Source of the DNA: Lepidodermella squamata
Lineage: Eukaryota > Animalia > Gastrotricha
Length of the DNA stretch: 64,000 bases
Direction of reading: 5' to 3'
Assembly: GCA_047495785.1 (NCBI GenBank)
Contig: JBLDXI010000012.1
Location: 682,001-746,000, forward strand
Each line of letters starts with the position of its first letter. Position 1 is the stretch's first letter. The translations under genes were made by a program, and so were the position numbers. Of this stretch, positions 38,765 to 51,130 are shown in pieces. The notes below the pieces were generated by a model. It worked only from the letters and a program-made list of their open reading frames with translations, made no database searches and was not told the DNA's origin.

Positions 38765-41700
38765 ATGGAGCTGACTCAATATGGATCTACGCACGAGTTG
38801 AAGCAACAGAGGAATCGGCGCCAGAGTCAAGAATCACCTTCGGTAATTCAAACTTAAGCCGTTTTCATGAAAAATGTCACTATACTTCGCTAATCATTAC
38901 AGACGTTGCTCATAAAATCCGGGCATATGAAATTGAGATCTTCCGCATTGAAGGTACTTCAGTGAAATTCTTAGTTTTTATTTTCTATTTACCTGATTCT
39001 ACGGAAATTACAGCCGCTAAGAGACTTATTCATGGAAGTCTACCCGCAACGACTGCAGCTGCATTTTGATTACGATACGGTTAGCTAGCGTGGTTCCTCT
39101 CTGCCAAGTTTATTTTATTTTTGCTTCGAACTCGTTATGTAGGAAGGAGATTTCGAGACAGTAGCGCTCAGAAATTGTTGGACTGCTGCTTCATCTAGCG
39201 TTCAAGGATCTGCTGCTTTTGAGGTAGCTTCGTATATTTTCTACATGGTAATTTTCATACATTTCGTTCTATAGCTGTCTGTGTCTCGAAAAGTGTACCA
39301 TTTTGTGGTGGCAAATTATTTCGAGGTGGATTCATGGATTTCTGCTATTAAGCAAGCTCTTACAATTACGGATTGCGGCGCATCTCCTCGGACTAGCAAG
39401 GTAATGAAATTAACATGGAAAATCATGTACATCTACTCGCAAATTTACGCGCTGAGCATTTTTTAATTCGCCCCGACTTTATCGCACCAACGTGCTACTG
39501 CTTTAATACGTCTGTAATGAACTTATCGCTGCCCGGGATCACGCGAGCGACACATGTGGCGGCTGCCACGAAAGCGTGCTCGCCAGCCGAATGCCTGTTT
39601 CTGATTGAAACAGATTTTGTGATTATTAATTGAACATATTGCTTTCAAGCTCGATATCACCCCAGTCAACTATTTTTTGTATTTGGTGATTTACTGCTAT
39701 TCATTTACAAGCGGCGACCTCAATAGCCTTTGTGCACCCTGCTATATTTAGGATTTTTGGGTTATTTCGTGACGTTTTATGAATGATAAGTATCAGTTTA
39801 AATTGAAGCGGTGCATGACGAATTAGTGGGCGTCACGCCCGTTTACATTGAATTTTAACCGACTAGAGTTGATTAAATAGACTACTAGACTCGACATGAA
39901 TCGCTAGTTCTTTGTAATCGTCGGTCCCACATAAATAGAGGTCTTTTATCCCCCTCAATAATGTCCGACGTGACTGCGTTGTGCACTTCCATGTTCATTC
40001 AATTACAGAATCCCTAGAGCCATTTAAACTCCCCCATTTTTAATTCATTTTACTTGACCGAATCGATTATTTTTGCTACATATATAGCTGTGTTTCAACT
40101 TCATAATTTTATGTTTGTGATTAGGATATGCCCGAGTCTCGAGGTGACGATGAAATCGAGGAGCAGCCGGCTAGCTCAATCAGCCACTCGGCTTTTGTTA
40201 TGCAACCAGCTGATCAGCATTCTTGGTTCGTCAAAGCCTTCACAAAACCGACGTACTGCAATGTCTGCCGACAATCCTTACCCGCCTTCCAGCGAACGTC
40301 ACTGTGCTGTCAGAGTAAGTCATAGGAATGTCAATTTACGCTTAGTAACCCGCCCACGCAAAGTTCTCTGATTTCAAGTTATGCGTTGTTGAAATCGCGA
40401 TTTTTCTCTGTTTCAGTATGTAAGGTGAAGATCCATAAAAGATGCGCTGAGGATTGCCGCATCGGCTGTAAATGGACATCCTTACAAAGTTGCGGGGATA
40501 GTGCCGTATCCGAAAACAACGTTTGTCATTTAATCTCTTATAGTAACGCATTGCTAAAAATAATCCTAAATGATAGGAAATGAAAATGTACCATCAATGG
40601 GTTGAAGGCAATTTGCCGTTCGGTTTACGATGCTCGGTGTGCACCAAAAAATGCGGTTCGTTGCTGCGGTTGCAAGATTTCCGGTGTCTTTGGTGCCGCG
40701 TTGTTGTTCATTCTTCCTGCAAGGCCAATTTGCCGAATAAATTTTGCAATTTCGATCAAAGTCGACTGTCCATCCTACCGCCGACAGCTGTGCGGCGAAG
40801 GGAGGGATGTCTAGCCGGCGGTTACCAGGCTGTGAAACCAGTCGTGACCTCGCCCTTGATAGTTTTCATCAATTTGAAGTCCGGCAGCCAAGAGGGCGCT
40901 CATTTCATGCGACGTTTCCGTCAACTGCTGAATCCTATCCAAGTTAATAGTTTAACTCTAGAAGGAGCAGCGCCAGGGCTGCTACTTTGTTCCAGCCTGG
41001 ATTCATTTCGGGTGCTCATCTGTGGCGGAGACGGTTCAATTAGCTGGGTTTTGTCTGAGATAGATAAACTAGGCCTGGTGCATAAATGCCACGTCGGCGT
41101 TTTACCCCTCGGAACCGGCAACGACCTGTCCCGAGTTCTCGGTTGGGGCTCGACAGTTTCCGTTAAGCTGGACGTTAGTGAGGTGATCACGCAAATGGAG
41201 CAAGCCCAGATTAAAATGCTCGATCGTTGGAGTATTTTGACCTACGCTTTCCCGACTAGTAGCGAGCGTGATGTGGAAGCGTTGACCAAAGGGGTGAATC
41301 GGGGCGGCATTGCCCCAAGATCCCGCCGTTCGCCTTTCGCGTTTATATTACGGCTAGAGGATCAAATTGCGTCGCAACTATCTGATTTGAACCGCCTTTG
41401 CGCCAACTTTGCGGTCAACTCAACTTCCACTACGATAACGTGCACCATGTCGGATGCAAGCGCCGCTCCTGCAGCCGCGAGTCCGGCTGAATTGCTGGAA
41501 GAAGTTAGAAAAAGAATTAGGTAATTTGTCAAATTCTAGATCTGGAAATTAGGTTTTAATTCGGTATTTTTCAGTATTTTACCTGATTTAGTGCATTCTT
41601 ACGTGACTTCCATTATGTCGATCGGCATTAGCCAGCGATGCAGTCAGGCCCTGTCGGCTGAGGTGACAACTGCGTGTGATGCGGTTGAGGGTCGTGTTCA

Positions 41701-43982
41701 AGACCTCGTTCGCTGCTGGGCGTTGATTCAAAGCCGAACACTGCAAACTACGCTAACGAGTGATACCGCGGCACCTGGTACAAGCCAACAGGCTCATCAA
41801 TTAGCTTCCAATCACCAGCTTAGTAACCCAATCTCACAATCGGTTTACAAGCAGTTTTTGCGGCCGCCGCCTCTATGCCCTACGCCTGATTTCGATTCAG
41901 GTTGCAGTTCGGACTTGGAGATTGCCGATGATATCCAAGCCTTTAAATGTAAGTTTAACTGCAGTTGTCGCCTCAAGTATCCTATGATGATTTTTTCCCG
42001 GCCTTAGTGGAGACAATATCCCGGTTCTCCTCCAACACATCGGCCCTAGTTCGAACAATGTCTTCCGTCTCAACACCAATCAATCCCGTTGCAGTTTTGA
42101 CATCGATTATCCGTCACCTCCAGCTTCTGATTCCTCAGCTTTCCAGGCTTTTGATAGCCAGTGCCGATTCCCCAAACTCTGCAGCTGGTCATGCGAAATT
42201 CCGAAACCGGTGTTCCAGCGCTGAAAGAACCGTCGAACCTGAAGGAGCTCACAAGCAGGAAGGCCGTCCCACAAAATGGTCTGAAGGCGATGATGGGCGC
42301 AAATTGTCAGCGCCCAACAATTTAGTGAGCATGAAAGCCCAGTCTTGTGGAGCGATTGCCAACTTGGAAGACTCGGCAACTGTCATTGACAGTGGGTGCA
42401 GTGTTGGCGCTGATGAAACCTTTGCGACCAGCACCCCGGCCTGTCGAACCCCATCATCCGCCACCCAACGTGATTCATCGTCGTCTAGCAATCGAACCTC
42501 CGAACCATCCCGGCCTGTGCTATTTGAAAAGCAATCCGGCAAACCTAGATCAGCCTATCGGAAACACGGTTTCTTCTCGTGGACGAGACCGGCCGTCGGA
42601 GCGGCTTCATCATGCAGCCACCTAGCTCCACCCCCTCTTTCTCCGAGGAGTGTGAAAAAAGAGTTGTCCTCATCTTCATCCTCGTCTTCCGCCCGAGTTT
42701 TGCGAGCCCACTCGCCCATCACTAGCTCAGCTGGTCAAAGTGACAGTGGGTTCATCAGACAAGTTCTCTATTCGTCGGCTCGAACCCTGTCGAGCGTCTG
42801 CCGGCAAATGATGATGCCTGAACCTTCAACTTTGGTTCACGTGACCCCGTCATGTGCTCCCTTTGAAGAGCGCTGCGTTATGAACAACTATTTCGGCATC
42901 GGACTCGACGCTAGAATCGCGCTTGATTTTCACATTCGTCGAGAGGAAGCGCCTGAATCGTACAAAAGTCGAGCGAAGAACATGGCTTGGTTCGGAATGC
43001 TAGGCACGAAACAGTTTGTCCAACAGACGTATCGAAACCTGGAGCAAAGGGTCCAGCTGGAGTGCGATGGCGAGCGGCTGGTTTTGCCGAGCCTGCAAGG
43101 CATCGTCATTTTGAACATACCATCCTATATGGGTGGCGTGAATTTCTGGGGCTCGACGCGGGCCTCTCATGGCTACAACGCTCCTTCATTTGACGATCAT
43201 CAGTTGGAAGTGGTGGCTATCTTTGGCTCGGCTCAAATGGCGGCTTCTAGAGTCATCAAACTTCATCGTCATAGAATTGCCCAGTGTAGATCGGTGAGTG
43301 AAGATTTTTCATCAATTATTTTTCCTTCTTAAATTTTGTATTAGTCAATTATTAACATTTTGCGGTAAATTTATCGTTGATAAGATCTGGTAAGGCCTAG
43401 GCGACTTATTAGCGGTCTAGACCAGGTTATCTATGCGGTCAGAGATTTTGATCTTTGATAGTCAAATAGGGCAGGGCTTTTTGAAAATTCGTCTATATAT
43501 GCAACGTAAATTGTCCTTAGATTCGAATAACGATATTGGATGCTCCGCTGCCGGTTCAAGTTGACGGTGAGGCGTGGCTGCATCCTCCCGGCGTTATCGT
43601 GATCCAGCATAAAAATCGAGCGCAAATGCTGGCGAGAGATCTGGACTTCGTCGAAGTACTCCAAGCTTGGCACCGCAGTTCTTCGAACACTAATTGCGTT
43701 CAAGACCAGCGGACGGTGAGTCGGCATAACCGGCAACATCGAGCTCAGCGACGGGCTGCGAAAGAACAGGCGAAAAATACTCTGCTGGCGCGATCCGGTG
43801 GGTTTTTCAGCCGAATAACAAGCCCGGCAGTTACCGCGAAATCGGCTAACATGCACCGGGCGACGAAACACCGATCTAGTAACGAGAGGGAATTGAGCGG
43901 AGGTCGGGAAAGCCCGATGTCTCGATCATCTTCAGATCTGAACTACGCTTATAATAGCCAAGGAAACTCGTCTTGTGAATAA
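38765..43982 (+). CDS. Type II diacylglycerol kinase (delta/eta-like): divergent PH, two C1 domains, split DAGKc/DAGKa; about 11 exons
   Basis: PH-type C-terminal helix [12 protein letters not shown]; C1a [13 protein letters not shown]; C1b [24 protein letters not shown]; [36 protein letters not shown]; [36 protein letters not shown]. The 5' PH exons are less certain. Confidence 0.9.
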
Positions 43983-46900
43983 CTGAGTGATTTTATCCAA
44001 AAAGGATCAATATTTTTAAATACCGAGTGCTCGCTTCTGCATATTATACGAGTTGTTTAACATTGTGTTGTGCTTGTGAAACGAATCTGACAAAATTTAT
44101 TGTTATATATAACGATCTCGCGTGGAACAATATATACAACTGTTATTTTACGAACGGCTAAGATCTAGTCGTTTTGGCTTCAATTGTTTTATTCTTCCCG
44201 GGGCTGGTCCCCTCTTCGAACGAGTGTTAACGCTGATGCTAGTTACATCGATATTTCATGTTTCGTGGGCTTTTCCCTCACTCGTCCTGTACACATTTGT
44301 TAATCATTTTTCAATCTAGTATAACTAATATTTATTTTTGCGGTTGATCTTTATCTACTATGGTGCCAAATAACATCGACCAATTGATTATTGATCAATA
44401 TTTTACTTTTACGACCCTCCCGGCGCTCTCGGAATTTCTCTCAGATTCATACGACCATCCGGCTTTTTTACTCTGGAAACCCGTGCCAAGAACCTATCTC
44501 TCTCCGTGCCAAATAAGCAATTGATTTAGGTTTACAATTTATGTTTATTCGATCACATAAGGCTTCTTCTGAGCTTTCAGGCACGTTTTAATTGCGCCTA
44601 TTCATTGATCCGTCGCGCATCGTAGTTCTCAGGAATTCGTCCCTTCAATTTAATATGTAGTATAGTAGTTACATTCTTCAATTCCATGTATGCTAGCCGA
44701 GTTTATCATCATCAGGTTTAGCCGCGGATTATAGTAATTTGATACCTTGAAAAAACCGACTGCTTTGAATTCGTATAATTAATTGATAATTATACATCGA
44801 GATATTTTAATAAAAAACTATATTATCTGAATTGCGGGTTGCTTTGTTTGAATAATGTTCGCGGTGGAGCGTGCTCTTCCCGTGCGGGATCGTTTCCCGT
44901 GACGGCCGGATTTGGTTTTCTCGCCTTTTTCCGTTCTCACCCAGTTGACACATACGCAAGTGGCACTTGACAGGAGTGCGGTTTCATTGAAGCTTGAAGT
45001 GAGAAAAGAAGCCGCTAGGATAATGTTTCTTTTTTACACGGCATCGTTTTCAGAAGCCGTCGCAGAGAGGTCGAGAGATGCTTCGAGTTCGGCGTGCAAA
45101 ACTTACACTCGCATTTGCACCTGGACCAGCGCTGGAAGTTCTGCCTACCTACACATCTTGAGCCGCCTTTGCCGCCGTGGTTAATATTGCTTCATTTTCT
45201 CACGATTCGCCGCCTTTAATTTACACGGAGGGCACGCTTTCGGACCGGCGTATTAGCAGCTAGCTACTACTACAACTACAACTACTGCACAAAGTGTCAG
45301 CAGCTACGTGTAGTCGCCGTTTTTATAAACAAAATTTGAAGCTTATCATAGCCAAATGATATACGCGATATCGCGCTAAGCATAACAAAACTGGATACAC
45401 CACGCATTTCAACAAACATATGCAGCGCGTTTTTGGCCGTGGCTCGCGCCAAAATTCAGCCGCCGTACGTCGATGACGCAGCTCACAGACCAAGAAAGTT
45501 TTGACAGAAAAGTATAAACATTTCGGCACACTCAGCGGCTATCAACACACTTGCCGCGCAATTACCGTAATTTTGTGCGAGGACGCCAACTGACTCAACG
45601 TTTCGTTTCGTGTTCATGATACAATATAATTATTTGAGTATATTATTTGAGCCTAACTCGTGTAACGATGTGTGCACCCGCTCGAGTGTACTCGTGTTTT
45701 TCCAAGGTGCTCGTGTCCAGCTGAAACAGCACAGAGGAGCTTTGTACGCAATAAGTAATCACTGATTTGAGATGGCAATTAACTTTACTGCGTGTTTGTT
45801 TTTTGCGGCCTAAACATTTTTTTTCGTCATCAGAGTTTCGGAAGTTCAAAGGCACCGCCGCTGCTGATCTACACTTCAGGTGCATCGGGTGATCTTCTGG
45901 CATTTCCGCTATAGAGCGGATGATGAGGACACGAGTACACAGTGATGAGTCACATGTTTCTACTGTATACCTTCCTTCCCGTGCCGTATTATAAAATAAA
46001 TATGCCATTTGTACATGCTCTGGCTTTTACAAGGCGCATCATCATCGCCAGCAGCATCAGTGGTAGTAGTAGTCGAACAGGACCATTTGCGGGCCAAGAA
46101 GTGCCGTGTTTGTTGTCGCAGTCATACTTGTTGTATTTGAAAATTACTATCCCTGCGCAGCTCAAGAGTGCGCTTCTCGTCGTGTCTTGCCGCGATCATG
46201 CGCGCCGTATTTTTGCCCACTTGCGCCGCCGTACGACTATTATAGATAGTAATATTGTCATCTTCCCGTTCATCTCTCGGTGGGGTGGGCGCTGTGTTTG
46301 CTCTCAGCCTGCCGATGAACTGCTGATGGCTTTATTGCCCGCGCGCTCGGTAAGACTGGCCAGAAGCGCACACACGAGCGGCTCAGCAGCAGCAACGGTG
46401 CAGAACGGCTGGGGCGACTCATCTTCCTGCTTAAATAACACACAACGTATATCGCGAGAGACGACGGCCGTGTTTATAGATAACAAGGCGCGCTCGCTGT
46501 GTGTGTATCGCGCGCGCTCCGTGTCGGCGTCTTCTGCCTACTACGACGACTACTACTACCTGAGCGATGCGGCCAAAAAGACACCGGGGCGATGCGTGGT
46601 TGGCAACACCGCCGCCGCCGCCGCCGCGCAGTTCGCGCATAGCCAAGCGCCGGCCGGGGACGCGCTGAGGGCGCGCATCCTCATCGTCAAATATCAGCAG
46701 CGCGGCTCATCTCACCGCTCGTTTGCTGCGTCGAGGAGCCACTAATCGCCGTTGCAAGATTGACAGCAAACAGGTTGCTGCTCGAAAGAAGGCCCAACAA
46801 TTTATTACCGTCATCATTACTGCTGCTGTTTGCGATGAGCCGCTGTTCGAGCGCCAGCAACACGCCGCCGCGTTGTTTATGCGCGGCGTTCAAGACAGCG

Positions 46901-48721
46901 CCAGAACGGCGATGGCTCAAGTCAAAATAAATTGCCGTGCGCATCATCTTGGCGACGCCGTTGCTGGCTTGCTCGCTCGCGGTAGCTTGCAAGAATGCTG
47001 CAAAAATTGTCGAGCGAGAAAACAAAGAATGTTAACAAAGGTAACAAGTAACTGCGAGCAGCTCGTGGCAGCAACCCGGCTGAACCGGGAATTTAGCACG
47101 GGGGCCACGCATCGGCCTGACCGCGTTATGTTCGGGTTGGCGTCACCGCCACCGCACGACCGGCGCAGCGTGAACGCGGTTGAGGGCATCTTGCGCGCGC
47201 TAAATTCGCGTCGAGTTCTCTCGAGTTCGCTTGCATCGGATTGCTCCTGCCGCCAGCACGACTGCCACTGCCGCAGCAGCTACGACTACTGGTTAGCTTC
47301 ATCTTCGTCTTCAGGCGACCGTGGCATTAAAATTTATACAGGGCATCGTTGTCGCTGTCGTCTTATGAATGAATGCATGAGAGTTGCTTATACGCATGAT
47401 GATAAATATTATAAGCTACGACGATGGCCGAGCGTTGGTGGATTCTCCTGGTTGCGTTCCTTCGACGCTAATATATAAGCATACCACGTTGTGTGAAATG
47501 AACGAAAAATAACTAAAATACTAAACACCAGCAAAGCCTGCTGTAACACGGATAACTCAGATAACATCACTGGGTTAAAAAAAAACGAGTGAAAAATGAA
47601 TCCGTTCCAATTTTATTTTTTTCTGGTTTTTCATCGTATTTCGCACTTCGTTTTGTCAAAGTTGCAACGTTTGTAAGAGAAGAAAGTATACTTTTCATGT
47701 TGTTTGTAACTGACAATTAAATTTTAATAATATAATATAATAATATAATTTTAAACTTATCTCAATTAAAACCGTCGAAATTCAACGATGCAAGGGTGCG
47801 GTATTGAATATGTGGCGAAAAAAATTTACAATTGATTTTTTTCTCATCATCCATCAACTCGCTATTTATAATATCTTTAGGAATACAAAAACGAGGCGCC
47901 TTGCGGTCAATAAAGAACAAAAAACATGTACAAATCGCGCTTCTCGTATCGCTGAGAAGTGAGACAAAATGATTATTTTAAACAATTCAGAATAAAATTT
48001 CCGGAAAATCGGATCATCAACCATCAAGAATAAGAGTGTCAAATGCATGCAAAAGAGAGTGAAACCATTTCTATACATGATTAAAAATAGCTACTACACA
48101 AAATAGTTCGGTGCGTAACCTTCCGACGAGATGCTGCTTGTCCAAGTAAGCTTTTCGTTTCAAATCTTTTCAAAAGACAGTCGAAAGGGATAGAGCGCCT
48201 CCGAAGTGATTGTGATCACGCGTGATTTCTGATGAAGTGATGATGATGACCACGATATAAATTAGGGCTAAAAGTCTATAGGTGCGTAGTCGGGCGCGCT
48301 ACTTGAGTCGAGAAGAGAGAGATTGTTTTTTCTTTAGCATTCAAATGTCATCAGTTTTTTTAAAATGAGTTATTTACACGAATATCACACGAAGTTTCTT
48401 CAAAATAATAATAACGTTAACGATGGAGTCGAAGTTGGAGAGATTGCTTATATCGGCTTTGTCGACAAGAACGAAATAGACAACTGTATAATATATAATT
48501 TGTAATCGAAGCAGATTCGTCGCTTTTTGTCATGTCAGCTTGGATCGTCGTTAACGTACGTACGGCTTACAAACAGGCAATGAGAGCACACGAGTCGATA
48601 AAAGGGAAGATGCGTAGAGCAACAATTCTTGGAGTATAATTATTACTTGTTATGGAGGCGAATAGGATTTTTTTAACTGGATATTTCATTCATTCACGAC
48701 GACGAGAGGGAGACGAGAAAA

Positions 48722-50535
48722 TCAGGCCATGTGAGTTAGGGGAGGAAGAGCTTGTTGGCCGGCACTTAGCGGCGAGTGTTGCTGCGCCTGCCCTGTTTGG
48801 TCGACGGCGCTGCTGTTCGACGAGGCGTAGGTGATTGTTGTACGGCTGCCCTGTTGCGCCGATGACTGCATGCCGGCGATGTTGACGGGCTGCGGCTGGT
48901 TCGGCGGCGCTTGTTCGCCGTCGGGCGCCGCAGCTTGAAGGTACAACGAAATCATGTCGCGAACGTCGTTGGCCTGCGAGGTTGGCGCCGCACCGCCGAG
49001 ACGCGTCGAGCCGGGCGTACTCCGTCCGCCCGCCGCCGCCAACACCGGTTCAGGTTTTATCACAGAAGACGAGCCGGAAGCGCTGTTTAACTGTTGGTGT
49101 TGCTGTTGTTGGTGTTGTTGCTGCTGCAGCGACAGTTGAAAGCCCGGCATTTGTGTAAAACCCATCGCGTAGTGCGGCATCGCATACGCGCCTGGGCCCT
49201 GATACGCCGGAGTCATCGACATTGACGGAAGGTGCGTCGGCATAGGCTGAGCAATGCCGTAGCCAGAGTACTGCATTTGGAAGTCTAAATCGAAAAAAAA
49301 TTAATTCAAGCTCTAGATTCAATGAGGAGCAACTCACAAGGGTTATTTGGGTCATTGATAGGAATCATCGGGTAGCCATATCCGCCACTTTGCATTGGGT
49401 TCATGGCGTAAATATCTTGACGGCCTGCATTCGAAGGCGCCATCAAATTTGTGGTGGTCGGCGTCGCCTGCGACGAGCCAGAAGCGCCATGTTGCTGCTG
49501 TTGCGCCTGTTGCGCATGTGAGGACATGTGCTGTTGCGCCGAAGACGCACCGTGATGCTGGCCTTGCGCCGACGATTGCTGACCACCGTACGCCGACATC
49601 GAAACGCCCGGACCGCCAACCATCGGCTTTTTTGCCGGAGGGGCCCCCGGAATCGGTTTATTGCTGTGACGCCGGCGAGGTCGATATTTATAATCTACAA
49701 AAAATTGAATATGAGAAAAGGTTGAAGAACAATTTATTCACGACTTACCAGGATGTTCCTTCATGTGCTGAGCACGTAACCTCTTCGCTTCGTCGATGTA
49801 CGGTCTTTTGTCGACTTCGGTAAGGGTTTTCCAGGTTAGGCCGAGCCGTTTGCTGATTTCGCTGTTGTGCATTTTCGGGTTTTCCTGGGCTAGCTTGCGC
49901 CTCTCGCCCCGTGACCAGACCATGAACGCGTTCATCGGACGCTTAACGCGAGATTCTGACTTCTTGCCAACAACCGGGCCACCGTGCATCAAAGAGCTGG
50001 GTTGAGCGCCGCCGCCGGGTGTCATCGCCGACCCGCTTAAGGAGCCGTCGGGCGACCCGGACGAAGACGACTGCATCGAGACGGGGGTGGAGGCGCCGCC
50101 TAGCATCGATGGCTGATGCGTGACGACGTGCATCTGCGGCATTTGCTGCTGATGCATCATGCTGTAGGCCGAAGCCATGCTCGGCATTTGCTGGTGTTGT
50201 TGATGACTGGAGCCAGCCATCGATAAATGATGGGATTGAGCTTGAGAGGACGACGACGCCGATCCTGGCGGCGTTAGCAGCCCACCGGGAGCCACTGAAA
50301 CAACATTTGGTTGAACTTTCAACGGGCCTAGTCGTCCTGTATTAATAAAAGAGCGAAAAACGGAACAATTAGTCGACGATCAACGAGAAATCTATAGGGG
50401 TTTTCATAGGGCTACTGAAAAAAGGCAGGCGGCTTTTGAATTTGGAACACGAAATTCATTCTTCGCAGCGAAAGGCTTTTGAAAATTTTATCAACGAAAG
50501 TTTTTACCTATATCGGACTGTCCAATGAGCTCCAT
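48722..50535 (-). CDS. SoxB1-group HMG-box transcription factor (exons 50535-50508, 50336-49749, 49694-49338, 49284-48722)
   Basis: HMG box [48 protein letters not shown]^DYKYRPRR. C-terminal [10 protein letters not shown] and PPLTHM match the SoxB1 (Sox1/2/3-type) motifs DLRDMISMYL and PLxHM. The first 28-nt exon is inferred from phase fit. Confidence 0.92.
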
Positions 50536-50939
50536 TCTCGGCGATGATGCGTCTGCTTCTTCAATTCAGAATATTGAATCGATGGTATTGACGCGCAGCG
50601 GTTGTAAATGGAAACAACAAAACTAGAGAGGGACGGGCAATGAATGCGTTTAAAATCTGCGGCAATCATGAAGGTGTGTCATTGTCAATGTCTTAATAAT
50701 TATTATTAGCTATGGTGTCGTCGTTCAACAATAACAATCGTTACACTAAGCGGTGTATAGTAACGCCGATGATGATAACAATATAAAATACGTGAAAGTT
50801 GTCTGAATGGCGATGCATGGATGGCTGAATAATGGGGGAGGGTCTTATTTCTAGCTTTATTGCCTCTGCGACACTGCGCCACAATTGTGACAACAACAAA
50901 AGAAAAGAATAAAAGAGTAAGGGCGAATTGGCACCACAA

Positions 50940-51130
50940 CGTATTAAATGTATAAAGAGCAAGACTTTTCTATAGTGCACGTATACCTGAGGCCGTGCGA
51001 CGGCGGTGCGAGGCGACGCCGCGTCGCTATAGGCCAGGTATCCGACCAATGAGCGCGCGCGCACCGCTGCACGTGACCTCAAGCGTCTATAGCGACTGCG
51101 AGCAGGACGATGACTCACGCGCGCGGGTAA
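50940..51130 (-). promoter_or_regulatory. Candidate SoxB1 core promoter region
   Basis: TATA-like elements on both strands (approx. 50951 on +, approx. 50970 on -), a CCAAT box near 51046 and (CG)n tracts, about 400-600 nt upstream of the inferred ATG. Confidence 0.35.

Noticed and set aside
45942-47478. Two long + strand ORFs (267 and 251 aa) downstream of SoxB1
   Set aside because: Non-ATG starts in the ORF track, Arg/Ala/Ser-rich composition expected from GC-rich non-coding DNA, no motifs or coherent exon structure. A lncRNA is not excluded.
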